A stretch of 64,000 nt of DNA from Octopus sinensis (GCF_006345805.1 NC_043004.1:26784001-26848000); one strand, 5' to 3'; shown: positions 12,787 to 25,594, numbered from the stretch's first letter. Translations and numbers: made by a program. The notes: generated by a model not told the origin, from the sequence alone.

Positions 12787-13110
12787 TAATAGAAATATTA
12801 AAATTACTAAGTCTCTCTAAAAGAGATTACGGCAGCGTTACTGGAAATTAATTGTTATCGCCATATTAATATGGAAGTCTTATAGATATAAGACTAAAAG
12901 CTGGGTCGACTATGCTACATTGACAAAGGGCAAATACCCTGAAACGCGTCTGTAGCTGTCTGACTGGCAGTGTGAAGCGGCTGACCTCCCTTGTTCGAAG
13001 GTTATAATGGACACAGTTTGTGTGTCAAATAGCTATCTTAAAGCGATGGCCTCATGGAGCTAATCAGCGACAGCTTTTAGTCTTATATCTATAAGACTGC
13101 CATATTAATA
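12787..13110. mobile_element. Penelope pLTR-like module with about 40-bp inverted repeats enclosing a hammerhead
   Basis: TATTAATATGGAAGTCTTATAGATATAAGACTAAAAGCTG (about 12865-12904) vs reverse complement of about 13071-13110, 1 mismatch; (TA)n flanks. Confidence 0.6.
12914..12956 (+). ncRNA. Minimal type I hammerhead ribozyme candidate (U3/A8 core variant)
   Basis: Stem I GCTACA/TGTAGC; core TTGACAA; stem II AGGG-CAAATA-CCCT; GAAA; palindromic ACGCGT stem III; site GUC at 12948-12950. Confidence 0.65.
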
Positions 13111-13127
13111 TATACATATATATATAT

Positions 13128-13911
13128 AGGTGCAGGAGTGGCTGTGTGGTAAGTAGCTTGCTTACCAACCACACGGTTCCGGGTTCAGTCCCACTGCATG
13201 GCACCTTCGGTAAGAGTCTTCTACTATAGCCTCAGGCCGACCAAAGCCTTGTGAGTGGATTTGGTAGACGGAAACTGAAAGAAGCCTGTCATATATATAT
13301 ATGTATATATATGTGTGTGTGTGTTTGTCCCCCCAACATCGCTTGACAACCGATGCTGGTATGTTTACGTCCCCGTTACTTAGTGGTTTGGCAAAAGAGA
13401 CCGATAGAATAAGTACTAGGCTTACAAAGAATAAGTCCTGGGGTTGATTTACTTGACTAAAAGGCGGTGCTCCAGCATGGCCGCAGTCAAATGACTGAAA
13501 CAAGTAAAAGAGTAAAAAGAATAAAAGAGATAGGAGTGGCTGTGTGGTAAGTAGCTTGCTAACCAACCACATGGTTCCAGATTCAATCCCACTACGTGGC
13601 ACCTTGGGCAAGTGTTTTCTGCTATAGCCCCGGGCTGACCAATGCCTTGTGATTGGATTTGGTAGACGGAAACTGAAAGAAGCCTGTCGTATATATGTAT
13701 ATATATATATATACATGTGTGTGTTTGTCCCCCTAGCATTGCTTGACAACCGATGCTGGTGTGTTTACGTCCTCGTCACTTAGCGGTTCGGCAAAATAGA
13801 CTGATAGAATAAGTACTGGGCTTACAAAGAATAAGTCCCGGGGTCGATTTGCTCGACTAAAGGCGGTGCTCCAGCATGGCCGCAGTCAAATGACTGAAAC
13901 AACGAAAAAAA
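13128..13911 (+). mobile_element. Two SINE family 1 copies head-to-tail (13128-13530 and 13531-13911)
   Basis: Two complete head-core-(TA)n-tail units; the second head starts directly after the A-rich tail of the first. Confidence 0.9.
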
Positions 13912-14429
13912 ATATATATATATTTATTGACATTTATAATTACATGTATAAGTTACAGTGTATTGGCACTAGAGTCCTTACTTACAATCATTATACAAGT
14001 TCCTTACAGTCTGTCTTTTGTATTAATAACTTGCCATCAATAACAACAACTCTGTAGACTCCTCCATATAACATTTTAGCTGAAATATTTTACTTTTATT
14101 ATAACAGTTATTACTGGTCCTAATAAAGTGACTCAAGTAACAGATAGTATCTACTGTTTTTAATGAATCATTAGAATACAAATATTTACTATCACAGTAT
14201 TCCATATTTGCACAATCTGTACAATCTTCCATTGCTATACAGATCACAGTAGCCTTGTGTGACATACGGCTTCTGTATTACTTCTTTGATGACAGATTCT
14301 ACAGCCACTTCACAGTTAAGTGTTTAGCATGACAAATAGTTATATAAACATTAGTTATATAAACAAACAAATGCACATATTAAAGTTGATATTTCTTTAA
14401 TGGCTCAGTCAAAGACAGAAGAGCAAAGC

Positions 14430-14585
14430 TCTCCAGAGCTGTCTTTACCTTGGTTTTGGCATTCCAACATGATTTTAGACTGAATCTTTTGAAACAGTAA
14501 ACAATTCTGCAGTCTTAGTGATTGAATCTTCAGCCAGCCATGCTCCAACAATGTATTCTCTTTGGATATCAAATGGGTCCCACAT
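14430..14585 (-). mobile_element. Tc1-like transposase N-terminal remnant
   Basis: MWDPFDIQREYIVGAWLAEDSITKTAELFTVSKDSV, then frameshift to SKIMLECQNQGKDSS. Resembles Tc1 HTH starts of the IVGARLAGASVTKTAELF..SKVM..EGKTSS type (from memory). Confidence 0.6.
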
Positions 14586-17500
14586 TTTAACTTATTTATA
14601 TATAAATCTCTGTACAAAGGGAAGTTGTCCTCAGACTAGTGACCAGGCAAGATTTCTTGCAATGGAGAGAAATCTGAGATCTTCTTCCCCCAAAGGTCAA
14701 GCTGTGGTGTTAAGCAGGAAACAGACTAGTTCTACCAGACAAAACCTATATTTAATTCAACTTACTTGACTTTTGTGTGAACGTTAAACTATTATCAATG
14801 GTTTCTAAGTTGTTCAGTTACAGAACAAAGTGATGATGCTGTTTTATCAATTAATCAGTCAATCAATTGATACACACACACACACACATATATATATATA
14901 CACACACACATACACACATATATATACATATATATATATTTATCTCATGTATGATAAACAGAGCCAATTCAATAATATTTTAAACACTGTAAATTTTGAA
15001 GAATTCTAGCATTTTTCAGGGTGGTGGTGGGCAGACATCAATGAGATTGGCTTTCTGGTAGTGGGGGATAAACATGAATTGTGTTGTCATTCAGTTGTTG
15101 TGTTTAACTGTGATCAATAGAGTCAATTGGCTGACTTATCAATTCTAGAATATCAATGATGGATTAGTTTTATTGTCCTCATTAGAAAATCCACAAAACT
15201 ATTAATACAACAATTGATCCTTATCTGATGTATGGGTTTCTAACATAACCACAGTTTTTCACATTTAGGAGGGAGAACATAGGGCTATGGCGGATTACAC
15301 TAATATATAACATTGGCTCAAGGTCATGTTTGAGAAGTGGATACAGTATATTATATCAACTACAGCTATCTATTTTATTTGCCACACAAAGTACAGACAT
15401 GGCTGTGTAAGGTTATGAAGTTTGCTTCCCAACCATATGGTTTCAGGTTCAGCACTACAGTGTACTTACTTGCACTTGTGGCGACATTCACCCTGGGCGG
15501 GTTAAGTCATCTTCTTCTACCATGGAAGAAGTTTCGTGGGAATATGTGGATTTCACAAGTGATCCCCAACAATCCCGCATGTGGAGACATCCTGTTTGCC
15601 GCAGATTGTCCGCAGACGTTGGGACAGAACGACCGAGGAGCCACCAGTTGCCAAAGCAGACACTCCGAGGATTTTCACCAGAGCCGGGTGAAAATTATAT
15701 TTTGTGTGTGTGTGTGTTTGTGTGTTGTGTGTGGGTGTGCATGCATCTGTGTGTAATCTTATCTTGACATCATGTGATGGTCGTAAATGAGCATCACTGT
15801 CAGAGCACTGATGTTGTTTGTTTCCAGCCTTCCATAGAATAAAGGCTGGCCATAATAGATGGGGTTGGCAACAAGAAGGGCAGCTAATTGTAGAAAATCT
15901 GCTCCAACAAATTTTGTCTGATCCATGCAAACTTGGAAATGAGGACGTTAAATGATGACAATGAGGATGATGATGATCGTGATGATGATGATTTTTATTA
16001 TTATTATTATTATTATGATGATGAATGATGATGATGATGATGAGGAGGAGGAGGAGGAGTTTGAGTCAGAGGAGGAATCTGTAAAGAGAGCAGATCTTAT
16101 TTAGGTCACTGAATAAGTCAATAAACTATGGATCAATATGTCAATCACTCTGTAGACTGTAGATTTGTTAGCCAAAATGTCAGTTGGCTACAGGTTAATG
16201 AGTCAATACATCAATACAATATGGGTCAATAAGTCAATCAATAAACTATGTGTCTTTCCCCTACCATTGTATATTGTTTACAACATGAACCAATAACAAA
16301 AACCATCTCAGTGGTTGCTTGACATACAAGAGGTTGCAGCAAAATCTTCTTGTTGCACCTTATTGTCTTTACAAAGGAAGGACAAGTCTGAAGAAGACAT
16401 GATGGCACATTTAACTATAGATCAGTTCAGTCATGGTTGATTTGGGTCTAAATTACAAGCAACGGCATCTTGCTCACCTCTACAGAAACCTTATTATCTC
16501 AATGCCACATGGATACAGACAACACTTGCTCTAAAGAAACATGTTTAGTTTCACAGAATATTTTAAATATGTTCGGATTGAATATCAGATACACATACTG
16601 GGACAGCATTTTATGTGTTTATCCATTAATTTTTCTAACAAATCTTCAATTAATTGATAATCAGGAATTTTATATATAGAATACAGATTTTATTTTGAGA
16701 ATAAATGGCAACAGTATTTAGCTGGAATAAAAGAAATTCATGTACAGCAATATTGATTGTAAAGAATATTTTAAATATTTAAAAAGTTACAGAAATGCAT
16801 TTGTTTCCATTCATTCATATGAATCTCATTTGAAATTTAAAAAGACAGAGAGTCTCTTGGAGAAGATTCTAGAGAAACATGGCACCAAAATTCTGTTGAA
16901 AAAAGAAACATGGAAATCTATTAACAATCTGATTGTAACATAGTTATGAAAAAGTTAAAAGGTGAGGAAATATATTGGTGGGTTTTAAAGGAAAATGCAA
17001 TAATAATAATAACAACAACAACAATGATAATAACAGCAACAACAACAATAATAGTAACAGTAACAACAATAATGTTGATGATGATGGTGATGATATTGGT
17101 AGCGAATGAGGTTAAAGTTCTAAAAATACTTGTCATGTGCCTAGATTGACAACAAGGTTTTCTGATCCTGTCCCCACTGACTGGTATCTCACAAGAATGG
17201 AATTACATTAAATTTATCAAAAAAAAAAAACAACTATGAAGATATAGCAAATAGCTCTTAGTGGCTCCACCATCACTATGATAGCAAACTCCAACCTTAC
17301 AGGAATATCTGTGTGATGACCTATTTCTCTGTCTGTCATTTTGCCTGTCTGTATATTTATCTGTTTATTCACAGAGATGGACAGACAAATTCATACACAT
17401 GATGATGATGATGATAATGCATATATACATATATCACATGCACACATATACATACATATATATACATATATGATGGCCACAATATGATTTCAAGTAACGC

Positions 17501-17780
17501 TATTGCTAGATTGTCTTCTTAAACATGAACAGCATGGAAATGGCTTTTCAGTCCTGCTCATTTGTACAAATGCGAAAATGATGGGCACCTTTTGCAGTAG
17601 GTGTTATAATACTGTTGCTATATGAAGTCATCCTGTCATGTACAATTGGTTGTGATGCACATGCCTGGTGTACCCTTATTAGATGGGTAGTCATGATGGA
17701 TATAGTGAGCTTTGTATATTTGTATCCTATGTGCTGCTCTCCCACTCAATAATGATAATAATAATGATGATGATAAGAAG

Positions 17781-18192
17781 AATGGTCTTCTAATTTAGAT
17801 ACAAGGCCAACATATTTGAGGGAATAGGGTGAGTCAACACCATTGACCTCAGTGCTTGACAGACACTTTATTTTATTGAACTGTAATACAGCTGAACGCA
17901 GAAGAAATGCCAGTAAACATTTTGATCGACATGCTAATGATTCTGCCAGTTCACAGAAGTAATAATAATTCTTTCTACTATAGGCATAAGGCATGTAATT
18001 TTGTGGGAGAGGGACAGCTGATTAAATTGACCCACCCCACCACCACCAGTGCTCAACTGGTACTTATTTTATTGACCCCAAAGGGATGAAAGAGGAAGCT
18101 GACCTCAGCAGATTTGAACTCAGAATGTAAAACAGAAGAAATGCCACAAAGTGTTTTGTCTGACATGCTACTGATTCTACTAGTTTACCACC
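17781..18192 (-). mobile_element. Two diverged SINE family 2 copies in tandem
   Basis: Reverse-complement heads (..ATGCTAATGATTCTGCCAG; ..GATTTGAACTCAGAA..) at about 17781-17958 and 17970-18192. Confidence 0.65.
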
Positions 18193-18204
18193 TTATTAAT
18201 GATG

Positions 18205-18280
18205 ATGATGATAACAACAACAACAACAACAGCAACAGCAACAACAACAACAATAACAACAACAACAACAACAACAACAA
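18205..18280. repeat. (GAT)n/(AAC)n microsatellite
   Basis: Direct reading. Confidence 0.95.
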
Positions 18281-19128
18281 AGATCAGGTGAATAAGGAGG
18301 GTGAGTAAACAGGGTCATGCAATTTTTGATCAAAAACTATCCCACACTTTAGGTGGTTTGTGCAAGTGCATTGTCATGGTGAAACCACCACTCTCCACTT
18401 TGCCACAGGTCGGGGCATTTTCATCTCACCACACCTTGCAAATGCTTTAGAACTGCCAAGTAAAATGTCTGGTTAACAGTTTGACCACCAGGAAAAGATT
18501 CTATGTAGACAATTCCTTTCACATCAATGGAACAAATCAGCTTTGTCTTGACATTGGGCTTCACTCGATGTGCTTTTTGCTGGTGTGGTGACATTGAATG
18601 CTTCCACTGACTTGGTTGCTACTTCGTTTTTGGGTTTTAGTCATAGCAGCAGCTTTCATCATCAGTGATGGCCTTTGAAAAAAGGTCTGGATCAACTCCC
18701 AACTGTTCTTTTCAATTCACAATATGCGTTCAGTTGTGACTGCTTTTGATCTTCCGTGAGCAAGTGAGGCACAAATTTTACTGCAACTCTTTTCATTTGC
18801 AATTCCTTGCTCAAAATTCGTTGGCATGAGCTCCAGGACACTCCAGTCATATCAACAAGTTTGTCAATTGTTTGGTGACGGTCCACCAAGATCAGTCCAT
18901 GAAATTTCGTATTGTTTTCATTTGTTCCAGAGGTCAGCAGTCATCCTGGATGAGGTTATTCTTCAAGCTACAATTGACCATTCCTAGAGTGTGGAAACCT
19001 CTTGTAAACCTGTGTTTTGCTCATGGCAGTGTCTTTGTATGCTCTTTGAAGCATGACAATTGTTTCAGCCACCGGCTTCCCCAGCAGGAAACAGAATTTC
19101 ATGGAAGTACACTGATCCTTTGTTTCAG
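18281..19128 (-). mobile_element. Mariner-type transposase remnant
   Basis: Minus frames: MKFCFLLGKPVAET..AYKDTAMSKTQVY; RVAVKFVPHLLTEDQKQ; WFHHDNA; HPPYSPDL (about 18282-18303). Frameshifted and cut at (AAC)n. Confidence 0.85.
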
Positions 19129-19130
19129 CT

Positions 19131-19169
<39 letters not shown>

Positions 19170-19184
19170 CATACACACATATAA

Positions 19185-19583
19185 TTATGTTTGTGTCTGT
19201 GTTTGTCCGCCCACCATTGTTTGACAACCAATGTTGGTGTGTTTACACCTCCACCCCCGTCAATTAGCAGTTCATCAAAAAAGAGACTGATAGAGTAAGT
19301 ACAAGGTTTACAAAGAATTAGTCCTGGGTTGATTTGTTCAACTAAAGGTTGTGCTCCAGCATGGCCACAGTCAAATGACTGAAACAAGTAAAAGAACAAA
19401 AGAATGTATATACATACAGGTGTAGGAGTGGCTGTGTGGTAAGTAGCTTACTTACAAACCACATGGTTCCAGGTTCAGTCCCACTGCGTGGCACCTTGGG
19501 CAAGTGTCTTCTACTATAGCCTCGGGCCGACCAAAGCCTTGTGAGTGGATTTGGTAGACGGAAACTGAAAGAAGCCCATCGTA

Positions 19584-19636
<53 letters not shown>

Positions 19637-19853
19637 TTGTGTGTCTGTGTTTGTCCCCCTAGCATTGCTTGACAACCGATGCTGGTGTGTTTATGTCCCC
19701 GTCACTTAGCGGCTCGGCAAAAAGAGACCGATAGAATAAGTACTGGGCTTACAAAGAATAAGTCCCGGGGTCGAGTTGCTCGATTAAAGGCGGTGCTCCA
19801 GCATGGCCGCAGTCAAGTGACTGAAACAAGTAAAAGAGTAAAAGCGAGTAAGA
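19185..19853 (+). mobile_element. SINE family 1: 3' half (19185-19403) plus full copy (19418-19853)
   Basis: Homology to other copies in window. Confidence 0.85.
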
Positions 19854-20539
19854 GTACATATATTCATATACATATATGCGTGTGTGTGTATATATATATA
19901 TGTGCGTGTGTGTATGTATGTACTTGAGTGTGTGTACGTATGAAAGAGCAACAGTTTTATTTATTAGAGTTGTACATTTCCATGAGTGTAGTTTGAACCA
20001 GGAAGTAACTGCCAGATATTTGGTTAATCCAGTCAGTTATGTTACCTCATAGTTACGTAATTCTGATCCCATTAGCAGACTGTTACTCTTTTTCGTCTCA
20101 AATTACTTCTTTTAATGCGTTGTGTCTGTTTTGTCTGTCATCTGCCACTTTACTAATATAGCCTAGCCATCATTCAGTGTCTTATTCAACAACACAACAC
20201 ATTACCAAACACAAAGTTTTAAATATATCCAGCAAATCCTGGCTTTAACTGTCAAGTTAACGCATCTTTATGTATTTATACAGAAAATATAATGAAAGTA
20301 TTGAAAAGCTATGAAGCCCAGAGGAATTTCATCAATGACTACTGGAATCATTAGAAGAACTGTTTTCAGTTTGCTTTACTGATTTTCTCTTCTAATAATA
20401 GCAGAGAATATTTTTGGTTATGAATAAATATCTAAAATTGAATCTCTCAAAATGAGCTTTGAAGATTATTGTTGTTTTTCTCTTCATCTTTTTCACTGCA
20501 GTGTTTGTGGTGCAGTGTGTATTTAATATTTGTGTATAT

Positions 20540-20900
20540 ATTTATACATACATACATACACACTCATGTAATTAGATGTTTTTGAATAGATATATTTATA
20601 TATGCATACATGCATGAATATCTGTACATATATTCATACATAGAAATACACACCCAGATTTTTTTAATACACACATATATACATATAAATACATCTACAC
20701 AGACATACATATATATATATTCATTTACATACATACATGTATTCATACAAAAATATCCACTTCACTTTTTATACATACATACATACATACATACATACAT
20801 ACATACATACATACATACATACATACATACATACATACATAAATGCATGCATACATACATACATGCATCATACATATTTATGTATACATATCTATAAATA
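20540..20900. repeat. Compound (TA)n/(ATAC)n microsatellite
   Basis: Direct reading; long (ATAC)n run at about 20771-20840. Confidence 0.9.
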
Positions 20901-22380
20901 CAAGAATATAAACACACACTTATTTCTATGTCTGTGTATGTAAAAAACTTTTAGCTTCATTATACATTTATGCCTAGTAATGTGTCTGTGTTGTGGAGTG
21001 AGGTTTTATCATTCAGCTCCATCCATATTTTCAAGTTGGTATGCTTTAGACTGTTTTCTACAACTCAAGTATCTTTACTTTTTTCTTCATCGACATCCAC
21101 TTCCATTTCTGTGTAGGTTGGTCCATAACATTTGAGCTGTGACCTCAACATTGACCAATCAACTTTCCCTATATGACCTTATTCATAGTAGGTGTCGGCA
21201 ATTTCATTCAAGCTAATATTAAATCTGTCTAGATCCTCATTATCTTGGAACATCATCATCATCATCATTTAAATGTTCATGTTTCCTACTGGCGTAGGTT
21301 GGAAAGTTTGACAGAATGGCATGGTTTTTATAGCCAGATGCCCTTTCTAATGTCAACCACGTTATGAAGTGTACTGGATATTTTTCATGCCACCAGTACC
21401 AGTTATGTTACCAGGCACCTTGCTAGACTATGAATCCTTTAGAGGAAGATGGTGAATTTATGCTAGAAGATGAGGGTTTAATGTATGAAAAAAGGGGCCA
21501 ACAGAGAAGGTTTCTTGCTGTGGAAGAGCTGCATGACTTAACATTGTAGAAGAAATGGTGAGAATGATTGGTGGGAGCTAGGAAGCAATGAAAATACTGG
21601 TGATGAGGTGTCTAGGTGACCACTCCACTCAAGATACGGGATGAGTAGAAGTGAGTAGGAACAGAAAGAGACCATGTGTATGGATGGGTGGATGTTGCAA
21701 AAGTATATGGGCATTCTGGACAGAGGAACTCTTGGTGCCTTTGTCCCCTTCTCACATCATAACTTGAGGAGTAGAAATGAGTGAACAATAAACAACTCAT
21801 TGCAGGATCACATACTTTCTTGGTAATATTCAAAAACATCATTCCACCACGGTTGACTTTACCTTTTATCCTTTACCAGTTGACCACTGAGGTCAATGTA
21901 ATCAACTAATGCCTGCCCCGGAAATTGCTGGCCTTGTGTCAAAATTTGAAACCTGCATTCAAGAACATTATTTGAGATGATTGGTTATGCTTTGAGAAAG
22001 TCCCAAAATACCTCTGGTTACACTTTTGAATCTCCAGAATTGATCATCAACAGCCTTGCTGTAGTGGAAGAATTCTATGAATTTTCTTCATGAATTCTCA
22101 AGAAAAACTCTTTTACATGTTCAGACTGTATAAATGAACTCTGAGAAGAAATTGGATGGTAGCCATGCTGGGACACTGGCATGAAGGATTTAACCACTTG
22201 TATTAATCTCTGGGTTTAGGATTGGTACTTATTTTATTAGTCACTTTTCCCCAAAATACTAATTTCATGGGAACATAAACAAACCAGCACTGGATGTCAA
22301 GCAGCAAGACACAAACACAGAAATGCACATACATGCATATACATGCATGCATATATACATTCGTGCATACATACACACAT

Positions 22381-22839
22381 ACATCCCAAGAAATCCTCTC
22401 ATGTAGCCAACAAATGCTAAAAGGCACAGACTCTCTATCATCCGAGGAAATTTTCATCAGTCCCAGAGTATTACATGATTTCACAGTAGATTGCAAATCT
22501 TCAACAGTAGCTAACCAAGCAGTGAATGCCAAATCAAAAATCAATCAAACCAGTATAGTGTAACGCTGACCAAATAGCCAGTGATGTCGCAAGAAGCTGT
22601 CAGACTGCGAATAAAATTCACAATTAGCAACAGAAGAAACTTTTTTCACAAATATAAATTAGCACTGATTTTTACTCTGGCATTCAATGCTTGACTAACT
22701 ATTGCTGATGATCTGCAATTTACAGTGAAACCACGTGGTACAGTAATGCCATCTACTAGTTCTGACATAAATTGCATCAGCTGATATAATGAATACTGTT
22801 TAGTATTTGTTATCTTCACAAACTGATTTCCTGGGATGT
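22381..22839. repeat. Diverged inverted repeat, arms about 165-175 bp, spacer about 118 bp
   Basis: 22474-22545 vs reverse complement of 22664-22735: 56/72 ungapped. Outer blocks ACATCCCArGAAATC and AACAAATrCTAAA also match. Confidence 0.75.
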
Positions 22840-22934
22840 TCAATGCAGTCTAAAATATTCTAAACAACACATCCGAGTTAGGTTGGATGTGCTAATTAAT
22901 ATTCATTTTAAGGGCTGCTTCTGTTCCTAATGGC

Positions 22935-22971
<37 letters not shown>

Positions 22972-23054
22972 CTTAACCATTTTCACATTAATTTCATGAG
23001 CAGACAGTTTTGTTGATTAGATCAACTGAAACATGTATTGTCATAACTGACAGA

Positions 23055-23210
23055 GTACCAGTTAAGTCGTTGATGTTAGGAAGGGCATCCAGCCATAGAA
23101 ACCATGCCAAATCAGACTGGAACCTAGTGCAGCTCTCCAGCTTACCAGCTCTGTTCAAGCTGGTCAACCCATGCCAGATTGGACAACAGATGTTCAATGA
23201 CGATGATGAT
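23055..23210 (+). mobile_element. RTE-tailed short repeat (family 3), 3' part
   Basis: TTAGGAAGGGCATCCAGCC..CAACCCATGCCAG..(GAT)n. Confidence 0.7.
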
Positions 23211-23230
23211 ACACACACACGCACTCACAT

Positions 23231-23273
<43 letters not shown>

Positions 23274-23733
23274 ACACACACACACACACACACATACACA
23301 CACACACATGTACAAGTGAGTGAACAAAAGAAAAAGCACATTTGGTAGGAATTAAATATATTATTTAAAACAGTTTGATTTGGTTCCGTGTAACTTTCAC
23401 AGGCTTCTAACAAAAACCCGACTCATTCAGGCTTAGATTACTGAAGGGAGAAATGCAAGAAGTCAATATATATAATAGAAATAGGTTTCAAAGAAAAAAG
23501 ATTAAAGGTGGTATACATAAGGAAAAAGTAAAAAGAAAACAAAAAAATGCACATTAAATATATTAAAAAAAGGCTTTTTTAAGAAAAGCAAAGATATATA
23601 CATACAGCTAGATGATTTGAGGTGGAATTATGAAGCATAAAAATCATTATTATGAATCATTATAGAGATTCAGTCATACCAGTATCGTCAGAGCTTATTA
23701 TTAACTTTGAATGAACACTGTGTATATATATAT

Positions 23734-24134
23734 AGGCCTAGGAGTGGCTGTGTGGTAAGTAGCTTGCTTGCCAACCACATGGTTCTGGGTTCAGTCCCAC
23801 TGCGTAGTACCTTGGGCAAGTGTCTTCTACTTTAGCCTCAGGCTGACCAAAGCCTTGTGAGTGGCATTGGTAGGTGGAAACTGAAAGAAGCCCGTTGTAT
23901 ATATGTACATATATGTGTGTGTGTGTGTCTGTGTGTGTGTATACGTTTTTGTGTCTGTGTTTGTCCCTTCAAAATCGCTTGACAACCATAACTTAGCGGT
24001 TCGGCAAAAGAGACCGCTAGAATAAGTACTATGCTTACAAAGAATAAGTCCTAGGGTCAATTTGCTCGGCTAAAGGCGGTGCTCCAGCATGGTCACAGCC
24101 AAGTGACTTAAACAGATAAAAGAGTAAAAGAGGA

Positions 24135-24135
<1 letters not shown>
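23734..24135 (+). mobile_element. SINE family 1, full length
   Basis: Head, core and tail as in other copies. Confidence 0.85.
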
Positions 24136-24193
<58 letters not shown>

Positions 24194-24307
24194 CATTTGT
24201 ATATATATATATATATATATGTGTGTGTGCATGTATATGTATCTCTTATTATAAAAGGCATATTTTATCTGCCTCCCTTTGTCTCTTATAGAAATCTACA
24301 ATATAGG

Positions 24308-25028
24308 ATTTCTTCAATTACAATTTACCTAGCATTTTTAAGAGTAGAATAAATCGGGTCGTGCCAGGTCCAGTTTTTCAAATTTCAACCCCAATTAAGC
24401 AAAATTTAGAGAAAACTCACATTGTGGTGTGTTAGTCAAGTGCTTTTCTTAGTGTGGGCTACAGCACACGCACACACACACACACAAAAACGGAGCGATC
24501 TGCTTCACTGATGCTATCACCCTAATTTCTCCTCCTGTCTCTTTGCAAGTGTGCAACGATTAAAGTGAAACTATTTCTATAAAAAGGCGGCGAGCTGGCA
24601 GAAACGTTAGCACGCCGGGCGAAATGCTTAGCCGTATTTCGTCTGTCGTTACGTTCTGAGTTCAAATTCCGCCGAGGTCGACTTTGCCTTTCATCCTCTC
24701 GGGGTCGATAAATAAAGTACCAGTTTCGCACTGGGTTGATGTAATCGACTTAATCCGTTTGTCTGTCCTTGTTTGTCTCCTCTATGTTTAGCCCCTTGTG
24801 GGTAGTAAAGAAATATATTTCTATAAAACGAGAGAAGTGTACCTTAAACCACTACTAAAAAAAAAAAACACAGCAAACAGAAACAAATAAATACATAACG
24901 ATTTACTCCTCACACAATTTCTTCAATTAGACTTTACCTATGATTTTTCAAAGTACTTCCATTCGGTCATGCTATATAAAATTTCTTTCTATTTCACCCC
25001 CAATTAAGACAAAATTCGAGAAAACTCA
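24308..25028. repeat. Pair of diverged direct repeats of about 112 bp (24308-24419 and 24917-25028)
   Basis: Shared blocks ATTTCTTCAATTA, TTTACCTA, ATTTTT, TCGG.TC.TGC, CCCCAATTAAG, CAAAATT, GAGAAAACTCA. Confidence 0.8.
24585..24815 (+). mobile_element. SINE family 2, full length with 13-bp TSD
   Basis: GGCGGCGAGCTGGCAGAAACG head, CTGAGTTCAAATTCC B-box-like, tail GCCCCTTGTGGGTAGTAAAGAAA; TSD TATTTCTATAAAA at 24572-24584 and 24816-24828. Confidence 0.9.
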
Positions 25029-25594
25029 ATATTTTAACATTTCACTCCGAAAGCATTGATGTACATGTGTGCGTGCGTGAGTGTGTGTGTGTCATTCCTC
25101 ACACACACGCATACACATACATATATGACAGTGACAAACACAAACGTTTCAAACAACTACATACAAACACGTGTGTGTTTGTTATTAGTAAAAAAGGCGC
25201 CAAACACAACTCACTTCTCATTCCAACACATTTGCAAAAACACACCGACGGTCGAATTGCTATAACAATACAGAAAAGGTAAATTGGTTTTTAATTTACT
25301 TTCTGTCATTAAATTTTGGTAGTATTAATTGGCGAGCCGAGCTTCTTTCAGTATATATTTATACATACATAAATATATACACATATTTTATATATATTTT
25401 ATTATATAATATTATATATAGATATATGTATATATAATTGCAGTATGAAACAGTGTTTATGTATAAACAGACGACACTTTTAAAAGAAAAACCAAAAAAA
25501 TATTTTATTCTTTATAAATGTTGTGTTCAAAATAACATTTTCTTTTAAGAATGTGTATATAACGAAGTATGTGTATATAACTACGTGGCTTATA

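Noticed and set aside
13162-13749. Recurring ORFs such as SFRLPNPLTR../DGLLSVSVYQIH..
   Set aside because: Antisense translations of SINE family 1, not genes.
14023-14265. Cys-rich 80-aa minus ORF
   Set aside because: No recognisable motif or convincing splice sites; length expected by chance.
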